Source: Camelus dromedarius (Eukaryota). Taken from it: DNA of 64,000 nucleotides. The stretch lies in the NCBI RefSeq assembly GCF_036321535.1, contig NC_087436.1, positions 68,140,001 to 68,204,000 on the forward strand, in the 5' to 3' direction. The notes below the pieces were generated by a model that saw nothing but the letters and a program-made list of their open reading frames with translations, was not told the origin of the DNA and did no database searches. Made by a program: the position numbers and the translations under genes. This document shows, piece after piece, positions 1-13,690 of the stretch. Positions within the stretch are counted from its first letter, which is position 1. Every line of letters begins with the position of its first letter.

Positions 1-527
1 TGCAAGTTTAAAAATTCTAAGGGTCAAACTGGCATAAAGACAGATACGTAGACCAACAGAACAGAAAAGGGTGTCCAGAAAAAAACCCCACACATAAATA
101 ATTAAATGATCTTCTATAAGTTCGCCAAGACTACAGAACAGGGAAAGGACAGTCTCTTCAACAAATACTGCTTGGAAAATTGGATAGCCACACGTAAAAG
201 AATAAAATTGGACCTTCATCATGTACAATATGCAAAAAATCCAATCAAAATGTATTAAAGATATAAATATAAAAGCTGAAACTATAAAACTCCTAAAAGA
301 AAACAGGTGGAAAACTTCATAACATTGGCCTTGGTAATGACTTCTTAGATATAACACCAAAAGCACAAACAAAAGCAAAACAAATAAAAGAAAGAAACTG
401 TATCAAACTAAAAAACTTCTGCACAGCAAAGGAAGCAAACAACAGTATGATAGAAAATATCTGCAAACAGTAATCTTGAAAGGAGTTAACATTCAAAACA
501 TATAAGGAACTCATACAATCCAATAGC

Positions 528-529
528 AA

Positions 530-572
<43 letters not shown>

Positions 573-575
573 ATA
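528..575. repeat. (TAAA)n microsatellite
   Basis: Perfect AAAT array seen directly inside the old L1. Confidence 0.97.
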
Positions 576-1059
576 GGTAAAAGATTTGATGAGACATTTT
601 TCCAAAGAAGACATACAAGTAGGCAACAAGTGTATGAAAAGATGCTTAACATCACTAATAATCATGAAAACAAAAACCAAAACTACAATGACATATCAAC
701 TCACACCTGTTAGGATAGGATAAACATTATCAAAAGTAAAAACCCCCAAAACAGAACAAAAACAAACAAACAAAAAAACCCAGAAAATACCAAGTGTTGG
801 TGAGGATGTGCACTAGCAGAGGAAATGTAAAATGGCACAGCAGCTATGAAAAACAGTATGGAGTTTCCTCAAAAAACTTAAAAATAAAACTACCATGTTA
901 TTCAGCAATTCCACTTCTGGGAGTCTATCCAAAAGAACTGAAATCAGAGTTTCAAAGAGTTATTTGCACTCCCATGTTCACTGCAACATTATTTACAATA
1001 GCTGAGAAGTGCAAACAACCTAATTGTCCATCAACAAATGAATGGATAAATAAAATATG

Positions 1060-1062
<3 letters not shown>

Positions 1063-1101
<39 letters not shown>
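1063..1101. repeat. (CA)n microsatellite
   Basis: Perfect CA array seen directly. Confidence 0.98.
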
Positions 1102-1104
<3 letters not shown>

Positions 1105-2309
1105 GAATTTTATTCAGCCTTAAAAGAGAAGGAAATCCTGTCATATGCAACAACATAAAAGAGCCTAGAGGACATTATGCTGAGTGAAATAAGCCAGTTA
1201 CAGATGGACAAATACTGCAAGATTCCACTTATATGAGGTCTCTATAGATCTCGTGGAAGCAGTAAGTAGAATGATGGTTGCTAGGGGCTGCGGGGAGAGG
1301 AAAATGGGAAGTTGCTGTTCAAAGGCTACAGAGTTGAAGTCACTGAAGACAAAAAAGTTCTCAAAATCTGCTGTGCAACAACATGTATATAATAAACAAT
1401 TACTGAACACTTAAAGTTTTGTTAAGATGGTAGATTCCATGTTACATGTTTTTTTACCACAGTATTAAAAAAAAAAAAACACTAAATAAGAGGGTCAAAT
1501 GAAATGGAAAATAGATGATTCCAAATTCAGAAGAGGAAAAGATGATTATGAGACAAGGTTATCAGAAAAAGCTTCAAGGAAGAGGTTGAATATATCACAG
1601 GCCTTAGACTACAGGTAGGATTTCGGCATTTGGAGATCATTTACAAGACTGGTCCAGACCAAAGGAAGATTACAAGCAATAATATGGAGGAGGAGGGCTT
1701 AGAGCACTCAGGGATCAGTGAGTAGTTTATCTGGGCCTTAGCAGTGTATGTGAGAAACAGAAAAGGAGGAAAAATGAAAAGTAGGATTAGAATAAACAGG
1801 TTCTGATCATGGTGTATCTTGGAAAGCAGGCTGAGGAATGCAGATTTCACATTTCTATAGAATATGAAGAACTGAACATTCTGGTCCTTTACTGAATATG
1901 AAATAACAGGAAAAAAATTTTAAACGCTTAGGATATTATACTTGTAGTTCATAGAAACATTGGCAATAGTGGGCCTTGACAAGGCAAAACTTAAATATAT
2001 TCATAGCACTTGAAGTTTTTCTTATTTCCTATAGATTCACTGAAGATATTAATAATTATAAATCTCAAATATTTACTGTACATTTAGGTGCGGTATAGGT
2101 GTTCTACATGCTAAGAAAACACAATAAGGAGCATAAAATACTGCCTTTGCCTTAAACATCTCCTTTTTTTAGTTATGAACAAAAATCTAAGTCATGCAAA
2201 GCAATTAGAGGATGACCAAATAATTCAAGTAAGGGTCAAATATGAAGTTCAAATAAAAGGGAAAATCAGTGAAGGCTGGCTTAAAGAAAGTTAGTCAGAA
2301 AGTCAGTGT

Positions 2310-2520
2310 AGACAGACTAATGGTTACGGAAACATACTCTGCAATTAGAATGCATTGTGTTCAAATCTTTGCTATGTAATAAACTGAGTGATCTCAGGCA
2401 AATAACTTAATTGCTTAGGATGTTTTTTACTTTATAAAATTGGAAGGATTCTAGAAAAATGTATGTGAAGTCCTAAAATTGTACCTAGTACACAGTAGGA
2501 ACTCAACATTCGAGTAGTTT
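2310..2520 (+). mobile_element. MIR SINE fragment
   Basis: MIR-like core: gttcaaatctttgct...tgagtgatctcaggcaaataacttaa...tataaaattgga...gtacctagtacacagtaggaactcaa. Boundaries approximate. Confidence 0.6.
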
Positions 2521-4349
2521 CTCTCCCTTCCCTTTTATTAAGGGTGAATCAGAAAAAGCAGGGGAAAAAAATCAGAAAATATACCATACATTTTAGCTAA
2601 AAATAAAAAATGAACTTTAAGAATTTTTTAAAAGAAATACAAATATATATATGTATAATATGAAAAGATCACCTGTATTTCTACCTCACAAAATAAATAA
2701 ACTCAGATTTTATTCCCTGTGAAAGAGAGAATAAGAGAGATCTAATTTATCACCTGATAATATAAGGACTATTTTTCCATAGGTTAATAAACATTTTGGA
2801 GTTGCACTGTCTTTAATGATTGTCCATTTGTCCATAATAAAGATTCAACATACATCCATTTAGTAGTATTTGTTGAATGTCTCCTATGGGCTGGGTTCTG
2901 TTCTGAGCACTTGAAATTGAGCAACTGACAAGAAAGATGAAATCCTTGCTAACAGTTTCCAATAGTTTTAAGTTATTATTACTTCTAATTTTTCATTGTT
3001 CTAAACCACAGAGCAACTGATGTCTTTGTACATAAATTTTGGTGACTATCTCTGTTTATTTTTTTAAGAAAAAGTTCTGGAAATAGAAATAAAATATAAA
3101 CTTTGGAAAGACTCCTGAAACATAATAAACATGATTTCTAGACAAGCTGACCCAATTTTATTTTGATCAACGATATATGAGTGCCCAATTAATCACACTC
3201 CCGCTAGAGTATTTTTTCATCAACTTGTGTGTGGTGTGTGTTTATAACATATATACACATATATATATCTATATTCCATTATCATTATAATTCAACAAAA
3301 ATATCTAGGCTTATATAACTACACTAAATCTGTCAGTCATGTTATCAACTATGCCAATGCCCTGACATTAAGGCCATGTCAGCTACTTATGACCCAACAC
3401 TATATCCCAGCAAAGAGAACCTGGCGTGGACATCTTATTGATAAGCTGGCCAGAAGATCCACGGAGTGACTTGGCATAAAGGAAATTAATCCAAAGATTA
3501 AGCAGTTCTTTAGAATTTGAAATTGAAAATATAGAGAGGATTTATCAGTTTTCATGATTGAAATTAAAGATACGTTAAAAAAAAAAAAAAGACCAAGAGC
3601 CTATGAAAAAGTCACGCAGAAAACAAGCCTATTTAGGAAATAAACCTTTGAGCCAGCAGAAGCTATGAGAAAAAAAAAAAAAAGGACAGAGGGTACCTGT
3701 ACAAAAGCAAAAACTGGATATGAAAGGAATATTAAACAGACTTGCAAAGATAAACTAGAGACACTGTGAAAGACCAAAAGTATCAAATGAGAGATACCAA
3801 GAAGAAAGCTCAAACCAATCATACTGATGGCAGAGCTGTTGGGAATTCTTTTTGCTGTTCACTGGTCGAGTGGATAGCTGGAGTCCCAGTGGTGGAGGTA
3901 AATGGAATACATAAATAAAACGTCAGGATGTGACTGAGAATGATAGCACTAGAAACAATGTGGAAGGCAGACAGAAAGGCTATGTGGAGATAAACTAATG
4001 AAAACACTTAGACCTGGAGAGGAACTGCAGTTCATGTCTTTTACATAACCCCTCTTTGAAATTACCTAACATCACTACTCCATGCAACTCGAAATGGACT
4101 AAAACAAAAATGCTTTGCCATTTATAGAATACTTTCTCCAAGAAGGTCTCATCTAAATTCCCCCAAAGCTCATGTAATGTTCAGAGCAATTATTACTGTT
4201 TTTTATTTTTATTTTGTTTTATACATAGGGCTCAGACAATTCATTCCATCGGGTCTTCGGATTCCACACTATCTCCATTCAGAAAAATGTATAAAGAAAT
4301 AATTCAGTTGTAGAAATCACACAAACCAATGGGCTCACACATACACAAG

Positions 4350-5520
4350 ATACAAAGATAAAATTCCTGCCATCAATAGGCTTACAGTACATTTGGAGAG
4401 ACAGATAAGGAGATAAATAAGGTAACTACAAGTTACGGTACAGTTAATGGTAATGATACTTACATGCATAGGATTTTAATTTCATAGGAGAGGACTCGAA
4501 TCCAAATTTCAGAAGGATAGCAGTGAGTATCCACGTCTATTCATGGATCATCAGAATCAAAGGGAATCAAGCCAAGAAGAAAAGAGCAACTAGGTAGGGA
4601 AGGCTTCATGAAGGAGACGGAACAGTATCTGGCACATCAACGGTGGTCAATCAATTTCAACTGAATGAAGACATGAGTTACTAATAACCCTAGAATTTAC
4701 TATTGAAGCATGAGTAGATGTCAGCCAAGTAGATAAGGAGACAGAAGGTGATTTTTAGGGAAATAAAGAGATGGACTCTCTGGGGAAGTTAAGTTATTTG
4801 ACATGGTTGGAGGGGTGGGAGCATGTATTAGAATTTGAATATTGAGAGGCAGTCAGGTGCCAAATCATATAAAGCTTCTTTAAAGCCATTTTAAGAAATG
4901 TGGCTCTTATCCTGAGGCCCTTGAAGAGTTAAGAAGACTAGTTATACAACCACATTTCTATTTCTGAAATATGTTCATGGTGGTCATGTGAAAGATGTAT
5001 TGGAGAAGACAAAACAGAGTAAGCAGAAAAAAGAAGGCTCTCATAGTAGCCAAAGAATATGTTGTAGAGGGTTAAAAGAAGACAGGGAGAGTCAAACTGA
5101 ATAAAAAGGCACAAATTTAAAAAAGGAATTCAACAATTTATTAGTTTAGGAGTCAATCACTAATTGGATATATAGAATGGTAGATAAAAGGAATAATAAA
5201 TTGACTTTCAGGTCACTTTTGGCACTTTCAGGTAGCATTAACCAAATATTAAATACAAAAATAGAACAGATAAGAAACTGAGAAACAGAAGGAAAACCAG
5301 GGGATAGGAGTGTCAGGAGCTGAGAGAATTTAAAGAAAAAGGGAATGACCACAATGTCAAATGGCAAAGTAATGTCAAATAAAATCAGGAACAACGTGCC
5401 ATCTATGATTCAGCAATTAGAGCCCTGGTGGTCTGTGCAACAGCTGTTTCAGTAGAACAGTAAAGACAGATGTCAGGGAGCAGCTGGTGGAAGGAATGAG
5501 AATGCGAAACAAGGGAAGGA
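4350..5520 (-). mobile_element. L2 LINE fragments (degraded)
   Basis: Purine-rich tract with L2 antisense hallmarks (cctgccatcaataggcttacagt, gaaggcttcatgaaggag, tggctcttatcctgaggc, gctgtttcagtagaacagt). Boundaries approximate. Confidence 0.55.
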
Positions 5521-6369
5521 AACCAAGAGCCCAGAGACTTTTTCCTTACACCTTGTTAACAGCATCCCGCAAAAGTTATCCATGCTGGGAAAATCTGAGG
5601 GTATTCAAGATTCAGCTAGTCATTTGAGGGTCATTTAGCTATAATCAGAACAAAATATGCAGTACATAATTAGAATCCTTCACTAGATGAAGTGAATTCA
5701 CACATTTTCAGTGTGAATAGTCCTTGCTAGTCTATAAATTCCAAATCATCAGGAATTGTGTCTACTTTATTTCCCTTTGTACCATTATCTGGCAACTGTT
5801 AAGTATGCAGTTGATAATCTTCTCATCTCCATTTGGGTCTCCTTATCATGCCAGCAGAAATTCTACCTATTCTTCAAGGTTCATAGAATAAAATGCCACC
5901 CCTGCATGAAGTCTTTTCCAATCCCTAAGTCTCTCTTCTCTCCCTCTCTCTCCCACTATTGTGCACACGCACCCCTTCCTGTATTTCCAGAGTCATATGA
6001 CATGTTATAGCTACACCTACTATCTTATAGTTCCTCTTATACACATGTATCTTTCTGACTAGAATGTCTATCATTCATGTTCCATCAGAGTAGCAGAACC
6101 TCTGTGGGTAATATAAGGGCTTATTTAGAGATTTATTTATTTCAGATCTATCTGTTACCCCTAAACACAGCGCCCAGCATCAAGTAAACTGGGTCAATGG
6201 TCAGAAAGGGAGGATAAATATGAATAGAAGGACAGCAAGGACAAATGAACCTATGAGGATGCACTTTAACCTCAAGAATATCAAACCTATATCTGTCTCT
6301 CACCAGAATCTGCCTTGGTATCATACCTCCTCTAAGCCTCTAGCCTCCAACTTCAGTGGTGCAGTTTTC

Positions 6370-8610
6370 CTGAAGACCTGGTGCACTTCACCACAGAGCT
6401 GTGTGTGAAGATTTCTCAGGATTTAAAGAAGCTAAAGGAGGAGATCTAGCAAGACCTGGAGACAGGCTGGCAGAGCTACAATGTAGGGGAGATACAAGTG
6501 TGCCTGTGCCAAGATCACCCTGCACAATGTAAGCCTGGTTGCTGCTTCTCTTTTGCTTTCCAAATCTCAAACAAATTTCTCTTGTGGTCAAAGCTTATCA
6601 TGGAGGGAAAATAATTCTGGAAAAGTACTCCTGGATTAGACAAGTGGACACATTACAAAGTCACCACAGCTCACTCTTTATTAACTAGGCACCATACACA
6701 TCTCTTTTAACCATACTTAACCTTCAAATAAAAGCAATGGCAAAATCATGGATTCACTTAAAATGATGCAACTATCCCTTGTATAACCAAATATATGCTA
6801 CTTATCTCCCCAAGAAAAGAACGTGAACTCACTCTCTTCATCTTTGGATGATGTTTATTTATCATCTTGCTAAGTCATGCTTCTCCCTGATGCCCTATAA
6901 CTTAAATACCAAGATAAGAAGTTAGCTATTATTATCACATGTTATGTTAGGTCACAGGGGAATGAGATAAGGAAAGAATAGTTAGAATATGCACAAATGC
7001 ATTTAGATCAAAATAAAGAATAAACATTTGTGATTATTACAGTCCCCATTTCTGCAACTAAATGCATGATAGGAGCTGGTATTCAAAACATCTTTCTTTC
7101 ATTATCCATTTCATGTATACTTTGCCCTCAGCAAGCACCTTGGTTTGCATACTAATTCAGATCTTCATTTCTGAAGGGTCAGGGCCATTAGTCATCCTGT
7201 CTGTATGTGACTGTTGTATTTTTTCCATTGAATTTAATCATAGAAATTGAAAGTATTAGTAAGTGTTCTAGAATATCTCCTACATTCTAGAGACTCCAAT
7301 TGGGCAGTAGTAAACCCCATGTTTTTACATGTTTAAAAACCTCCAATTTCCCCATGATAGTCAGGATTGATCACCATATCTAATACAGTAAACCTTATTT
7401 GGTTTGTAAGTATGTGACTCACTGGTATGTGAGTCTCCCAGGGGTCAATACCAACTTTCAGTTTAATAGAACTATTCCTCTGTCCCTTGGTAGAAGCATT
7501 TCTCTTTTGGGAACTAGGTTCTTTAGACAAGGAGAGTGCAAAGTTAAAGGGAGAAAAGGAAAAATTTCTTTAGCAAATCACTGGAATTAATAGAATAAGA
7601 AGTCACTCATTTCCACACTTTGAATCTTGCTGTGGGAGAAACACCATCATATATTGATGACTGATTTAGAGTATATATCACATCCCACCAGCCACTACCC
7701 CCAGCTTACAAAGTGTTGCCCAAACTGACATTAAAACTGAGTCATCAAAATGCCATTCTACATACCTATCAAATTAGATATCTTATGGTAATGGAGAACA
7801 TGGTAAGACTAGAGAATTTCACAATCATAAGTCCACTGTCACATTTTATTTGATGTAAAGTTAGTTCCTCAGTCAGAAGAAATACTGTAGGAATGCCAAA
7901 ACAGGGACTAACTCATCTGTAGGTCCATGCCTGGTGATTTTGGAAGAACAATTGAGGAGAGGGATGGCAAACCCACACCCAGATCAATGAGTACAAATCC
8001 TGGCCCTTTCTATCAGGGAAGTGATCAATATAATCAATCTGCCACAGCTGGCTAGCTGATCACTACAGAGAATGGCACCATAGTGGGGGCTTAGTGTTAG
8101 TCTCCACTCTTGACAGATTGGGCACTCTGCAGTGGCTGTAGCCATTCATCCTCGGTGACTGGAAGTCCATTTTTTGAGTCCATGTGTAACCTCCATTACC
8201 ACCAGTATGGAGAATTTGTGAGCCCACTGAGTAAGGACAAGAATAGCTGGGAAAAGAATGTATCATCTTGTTCATTATTAAGCTCCTCCTCTGCTAAGTT
8301 TGCTCCCTGGGAAGCATTCACATAGGATACAAATGATTTCACAATCTGTGTCCATCCAGTGAGTTCCACCAGGATATGTATACCCCATAGTACTCTGTAA
8401 CCAATTTTCTAATTGTGTTTCTTCTAAGTTCCTGACTATCCAATCTAACCAATAGCCACCGATGAAACAGTACTCTGGCTATTCCTCCTTCTATGTTTAA
8501 AGTTCTGCTGACTGAGATTTCCTTTCACCACAGTCCTTCGGAGCCACTCCAGAGTGGAATTGTAGTACCATAGCTGTCTACTTTTAGGTAGTGCTAGCAT
8601 ATTTGTCAGA
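6370..8610 (-). mobile_element. ERV-L remnant: 3' LTR (~6370-6668) plus internal 3' region with dUTPase and integrase traces
   Basis: Minus ORF 7333..7530 contains TVLDMVINPDYHGEIG, resembling the ERV-L dUTPase motif GVIDPDYQxEI. The reverse complement of ~7740-7900 gives degenerate integrase (SD*GTNFT...QW...SYHV). The segment after 6668 (ggcaccatacacatctc...ccatacttaa) resembles the recalled HERV-L internal 3' end. Confidence 0.8.
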
Positions 8611-9589
8611 GTCAGGTTTGAATTTTTTCAAATTTGTTTAAGACTGATACTATAATATCTAACACAGCATCTTGTTTGTGTTAAGTCATTCAAAAATAAA
8701 TTTTAACATGAACTTTTATTTTAACTAATAATTCTGTTTGTCTCTTGAGAGGATAAAACTGAGCAGCTAGGAGGAAATGAATGGGACAGAAAGTTCCCTC
8801 ATTTACTTCATTTTAATTTTAAACCACTTGGATATGCTGCTTATTTGTAATTATTTTAAACTGGGGATAATAAGCTCAAAAACTGCTGCTTTTCCTAAAA
8901 GAATGATTATACTCTTTATAGTTTAAATTTTTAATGTACTTTATTTGTATTTCAACTGCTTTCTATTAGAATTTTTGTATTCAGTATTGATAGAATGGAG
9001 GCTGACTTTTTTTTATTTCTTAGAGAATATTTGCACAGCTTTAAAGTAAGCCGTGCTAACATAATACATGCATTAACCTTTTGAAAAAATGTCATTACGC
9101 CTTCATGTTCACATAGTGCCAGTGAGTATCAGATGTTACTCAAATCCACTCTACCATTCCTAATCATGTCAAACAAACTTCTTCCGCCTTCCTTCACTCA
9201 ACAATTAATTATTTTATAGAAATTCCCAACAAGACTTCAGAGACTAGATATATTGTAAGAGTTTGAAATAGTAGATTTCTTCCCTCTTACTAAAGAAAAT
9301 TCTGGAAAACATGCTGATCAATTCTCCCACAGACTGTAAGGGTGGGCATTACTTCCACTTATGTCACTTTTTGCATCAGATTTCTCTGATAGTGCAGGAA
9401 GATGGTGAATATGCAAGTATTCTGAGACTGATTAGATGAGTCCCACTTATTTCCTGTTCTGTACATGTTTTCCTCAAAGTTGATTCAGAGTTCCCACAAT
9501 GGTACTTCTCAAGTTTCTCAAGAGCACTCTTGAATGAATGAATGAATGAATGGGCTTTCATTTAAAAATTATGATCAGATCTCAGCTCT

Positions 9590-10280
9590 CATCATGACTT
9601 ATTAATAGCATTTAACAAACCTGATCACTCCCTCCTTAGAACACATTTTCTCTCTTGGCTCTCTTTGTACTCCGTCTGTATTACTGCCCACTTCTTCCCA
9701 TGTTCTTTTGTTGAATTCTCATCTCCATAACCTCTAAATGTTGAAGTCTTTAAACTCTGGTCTTTTTATTCCTAGATGATCCCCTGACTCATAATTTTAA
9801 ATACCTTCAATACACAAATTCCCAAATTTGTACCATATCAAAACTCAACATTGAACTTCAGACTCATATTTAACTACAAAATCAACATTTCCCCTTGGAT
9901 GTCTGATAGATATCTGAAACTTAACATATCAAAACTCAACTCCTGGTTCCTATACACCCCTAAAATTCACAGATCCCATAGTCTTTCAATGTTGATAAGA
10001 GATCACTCTATCCATGTATTTAATCAGGCCAAAAACTGGGACACCCTTTTTTCACATCCACAGCACTTAGCCATCACAGACTCATCAGCAAATTCTATCA
10101 AACACTTTTCTCTCACCTCTCCCACAGCCTCCTGATTTAAACCAACATCACATAGCACATGGATCATTACAAGAGCTGCTCTTTTATCTTACATCCTAGC
10201 CCACACACAGTTTCCAGAATGATCATTTACAGTTATGTCAGATCCTGTCACTCAGTCCTCAGAATTCTCCAGTGGGACTA
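9590..10280 (+). mobile_element. L2 LINE fragment
   Basis: CT-rich L2 hallmarks: tgatcactccctccttagaacac, ccttggatgtctgatagatatctgaaacttaacatatcaaaact, gtcagatcctgtcactc. Confidence 0.7.
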
Positions 10281-10429
10281 ATATGGTTACTATTATTAAA
10301 ATAACAAGATTCCTGGCCTTAGTGAATCCATAATGCAGTATAAAACAGGGTATGACAGATCAAATAAGTCTTCAATCACTGTAGTGGTAAAAAAAAAAAG
10401 AAGAAAAAAGAAAAAGAAAAGAATGATTC

Positions 10430-11540
10430 TAAGAGGGAGAGAAGGGCAGGGAAGATGCTATAGAAGGATGATCCTCAATCTAGATCTTGAATAATGGGTA
10501 ACAGAGGCTCTCAAAGCAGAACTGAAAAGGAAACAGCAGGTGCAAAGGAAAAAGCATAAGAGGAAGACAACTTTTTTCAGAAACTGGAAGACATTCACTA
10601 GGGTTGGGCCTCTGGCTTCAAGGTAGAGGAGTTGTAAAGAGAATATTAAAGAAATAAGTAGATATCACAAAATGATGTTTTGTGTGTCACATAAAGGAGC
10701 TCTTCAAGTTATATAAAGCCATTGAAATACTTTAAACTTGAGAGTTACATGGTTATATTAGCAATTTTTAAAGATGATTTTGGGTAGATTCATTAGAAAA
10801 GGGGGAATTAGAAAGCTGCTGAAATAATGTAAATTTATAAGAAATTTCCCCAGCAAAATGAATGAAGTAATATGAAGGTAAGAGATGGGAAAGAGACTGA
10901 GCCAGCAGAATGCTTAGGTCATTTTGAGCAAAAGGGAAAATTTAGGATGATTCCCAGGTTTCTGCGTTAAGAAAGTAGAAATATTTTGATACCTTGTAAA
11001 CTAAAAGAGGAATAAATTCAAAATGAAGTTAAATACATGATTTCATTCTGAACATACTGTATTTAAGGTAAATACCCAGTCTTAGACTATTTAATATGGT
11101 TGTGGGACATCCCAGTGGAATATTCAATAGGCTAAGACAGTTCAGAAGAAATCTGAGTTACAAGTGGAAATTTGGAGATCATAAATATATGTGTATCCAT
11201 TAACACCATGGATATAAGTGAGTCCATCCACAAAACCTGTAAACCATAAACATATAAGTCCATGAAAACTACATTGCCCAGGGAGAATATATAGCAGGAG
11301 AAAGGAATAGCATCCATATTCAAACCAAGATCCAAAATACTACTCATATTTAAGGATCAGACGCAGGAAAAGCAGCCTAAAAGGGAGAGTGGAAACAACA
11401 GTCTAGGAGTCAGGAGGAGAATCAGGAGTGTGAAGTACTAGAGAGGTTAAAGAGGGAAAGCCAAAAAGTTAACTGGTCAAACGAGTCACATCTTACAGAA
11501 AATCAAAGAGTCTGAAAGGTAATGTGTGGCTGTGATAAGT
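10430..11540 (-). mobile_element. L2 LINE fragment
   Basis: Antisense L2 hallmarks: ggatgattcccaggtttctg, gggacatcccagtggaatattcaataggc, aatttggagatcat, aggaggagaatcaggagtgtg. Confidence 0.65.
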
Positions 11541-11661
11541 CAGTAGCTGTAACACAGCTGCTTTATACATCCCCGCCATTTAGTAGAAACTGATCTTCAC
11601 TAGATGCCCATGGGAAAATCAGTTTTCTTCCCATTGTTTCAATATGCATTTCCATGCCTCT

Positions 11662-11801
11662 GTTATTTCATGGATGATAGATACCCTCTTGAATGAAAAT
11701 AGAGGCTCCAAAACAAGGCCCTTTTCCCTCCGTTATTTCATGGATGATAGATACCCTCTTGAATGAAAATAGAGGCTCCAAAACAAAGCCCTTTTCCCTC
11801 C
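11662..11801. repeat. Head-to-tail tandem duplication, 2 x 70 bp
   Basis: 11662-11731 and 11732-11801 are identical except G11717/A11787. Confidence 0.97.
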
Positions 11802-13329
11802 TCATTGAAAGTCTTTGGTCCCTAGGATTAGTTACGTTCTTGCCCATTTCTCTTTATCAATACATTCATCCTACAACTCAACAAACATATCAAATTTCAA
11901 ACATTAATTTTACTAATCTTTAATTGAACATATATGTATTGTCCTTCAAACAGTTTTTCATTTTCTCTATAGAAATGGCAGCACCTTTATATTTTACTTT
12001 GCAACTTTCATCAAAAGATTTAGACTTCATAGTAGCTTCCATCGGCCAGTGTCTGCGTCATGGCCTTTACCCCGCCTTTCTTGCAGCTTACTCATTTTAA
12101 GCCAAAGAGAAAGCATAAGATGAAAGTGAGCAAGATAAAAGAAGATAATATAAGAAGTGAAGATGAAAAAAGGTGGCTTCTAGCACTCCTGTGAACAATA
12201 AGAAGACCTCATTCATAATAAGGAGGCACTTTGCTGGAAGCATCCTTTCAAGAATGTAGTAAGGTCCATAACCTTGGAGAGAGAAGGTGAAGTCAAACTG
12301 CTCTAGAGAGCAGTTATTTCCCTCAAACCCCAATGTATAAGACAAACTTTTCTTCCTCTCTTGCAAGACTCAGTGACAACAGATCTTCTGAACTAATCCA
12401 AAGTTTCCATCATAAAAATAGAAAAGGATGCCATCTGAATAAAACAGAGGGAAATTAAGTAAGAACCATGGTCACGAACTAGGTTTAGATAAGCAGGATA
12501 CTAAATTTCTTTTTAAAAGGTGAGTACAGCATAACAGCTTTCAGTTACACCTAAACCACATTGTCCTCGCACAGAACATCTGGTACCTTTCAGTTACAAA
12601 CTCCCAAAGGATTTCACACTTATTAAATTCTTATTAAAATTAATAGCAGGCCTGCAAGGCACGGCAATATCAGAATGGCCCTTTATCAGGGAAATAAAAT
12701 CAACTGAGATAATAAAGCTACTTTCTACCGTAAGAAAATCAAGGCCAAATATATACAGGAAATTACTTAAATTTATTCTTGAAGAATGTTATTTCTTTCC
12801 ACACCATATTCATACACTGATTATTTACTTGTAATGCAATGTCACAGATATTAAGGATGAATACTTCTGTATGACTAAACTAGATATCTCACAAGTCCCA
12901 AATTCCAATTATTTCCTTTCATTTATCCTATAATTAAATGATTTAAGTGACTGAAATATTATTTTACATATTGTCATTGCCACAGTTTAATAAATGTCAC
13001 CTTAAAAAAGGTCAGCTTTCATATAGTTTAAATCTCCTTTTGGAACATGTCAATCCTGCCTAATTATGCAATTTATTTACAAATTGAGGTTTTTATTTAC
13101 TTCGATTTCACTATTTTCTGATTTAATCTTTGGTAGTCCCATTTCAATTCTGATGCCTGTCTTTTTCTTTCCATCTCTCTGTGTATCTGTCTACGATCAT
13201 GTCTTTCATTCTCTGTATCTCTCTGTATATGTTTGTGTGGATTCATTTTTCCTCTATGTGTGTTGTATGTGGCTACTGTATTATTGTGTTTCTATGATAT
13301 TGGGTGGGGAGGGATTCTGTCTCTTTTTT

Positions 13330-13690
13330 ATGATATAAAATTCTTGTAGCATAAAATTCACCATTTTAACCACTTTAGTACAGTGGCTTTTAGTATATTC
13401 ACAATGTTATACAACCATTACCACTATCTAAATCCAGAACACTTCCATTACTTCAAAAAGACAGTACGCATTAAGCAATCACTCTCCACTTCTCCCTCCC
13501 ACAAGCCCCTGGCAACCGCTAATCTTCCTTCTGTCTCTGTGGATTTGCCTATTCCAGACAGTTCACAGAAACGGAATCATAGAGTAAGTGACCTTTGTGT
13601 CTGGCGTCTTTCATTTAGCATAATATTTTCAAGGTTTCTCAATGTTGCAGCATGTATCAGAACTTCATGCCTTTCCATTATTAAACAAGT
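13330..13690 (-). mobile_element. Old L1 3' end (L1MB-like)
   Basis: Typical antisense L1MB 3'UTR: cataaaattcaccattttaacc...tttagtatattcacaatgtt...cccctggcaaccgctaatct...ggatttgcctattccagaca. Confidence 0.85.

Larger units (their letters stand above)
1..1480 (+). mobile_element. Old LINE-1 3' portion (ORF2 C-terminus and 3'UTR, L1MA/L1MB-like), 5' end outside window
   Basis: Degenerate ORF2 C-terminal peptides (ORF 794..1060: AIPLLGVYPKELKS...ICTPMFTATLFTIA...CPSTNEWINKI), collinear with the young L1 at 29770-30890. An A-rich tail lies at ~1467-1479. Confidence 0.9.

Noticed and set aside
317..680. Hydrophobic ORFs with (IYLF)n repeats
   Set aside because: Antisense translation of an old L1 across the (TAAA)n microsatellite.
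11973..12366. Possible exon or ORF after the ttttctctatAG acceptor, and the minus-strand 89-aa ORF
   Set aside because: Frames are short or stop early, no recognisable protein, and no linked exon series.
12538..12598. 12-bp direct repeat CTTTCAGTTACA spaced 49 bp apart
   Set aside because: Only two short copies with no insert hallmarks; compatible with chance or minor slippage.
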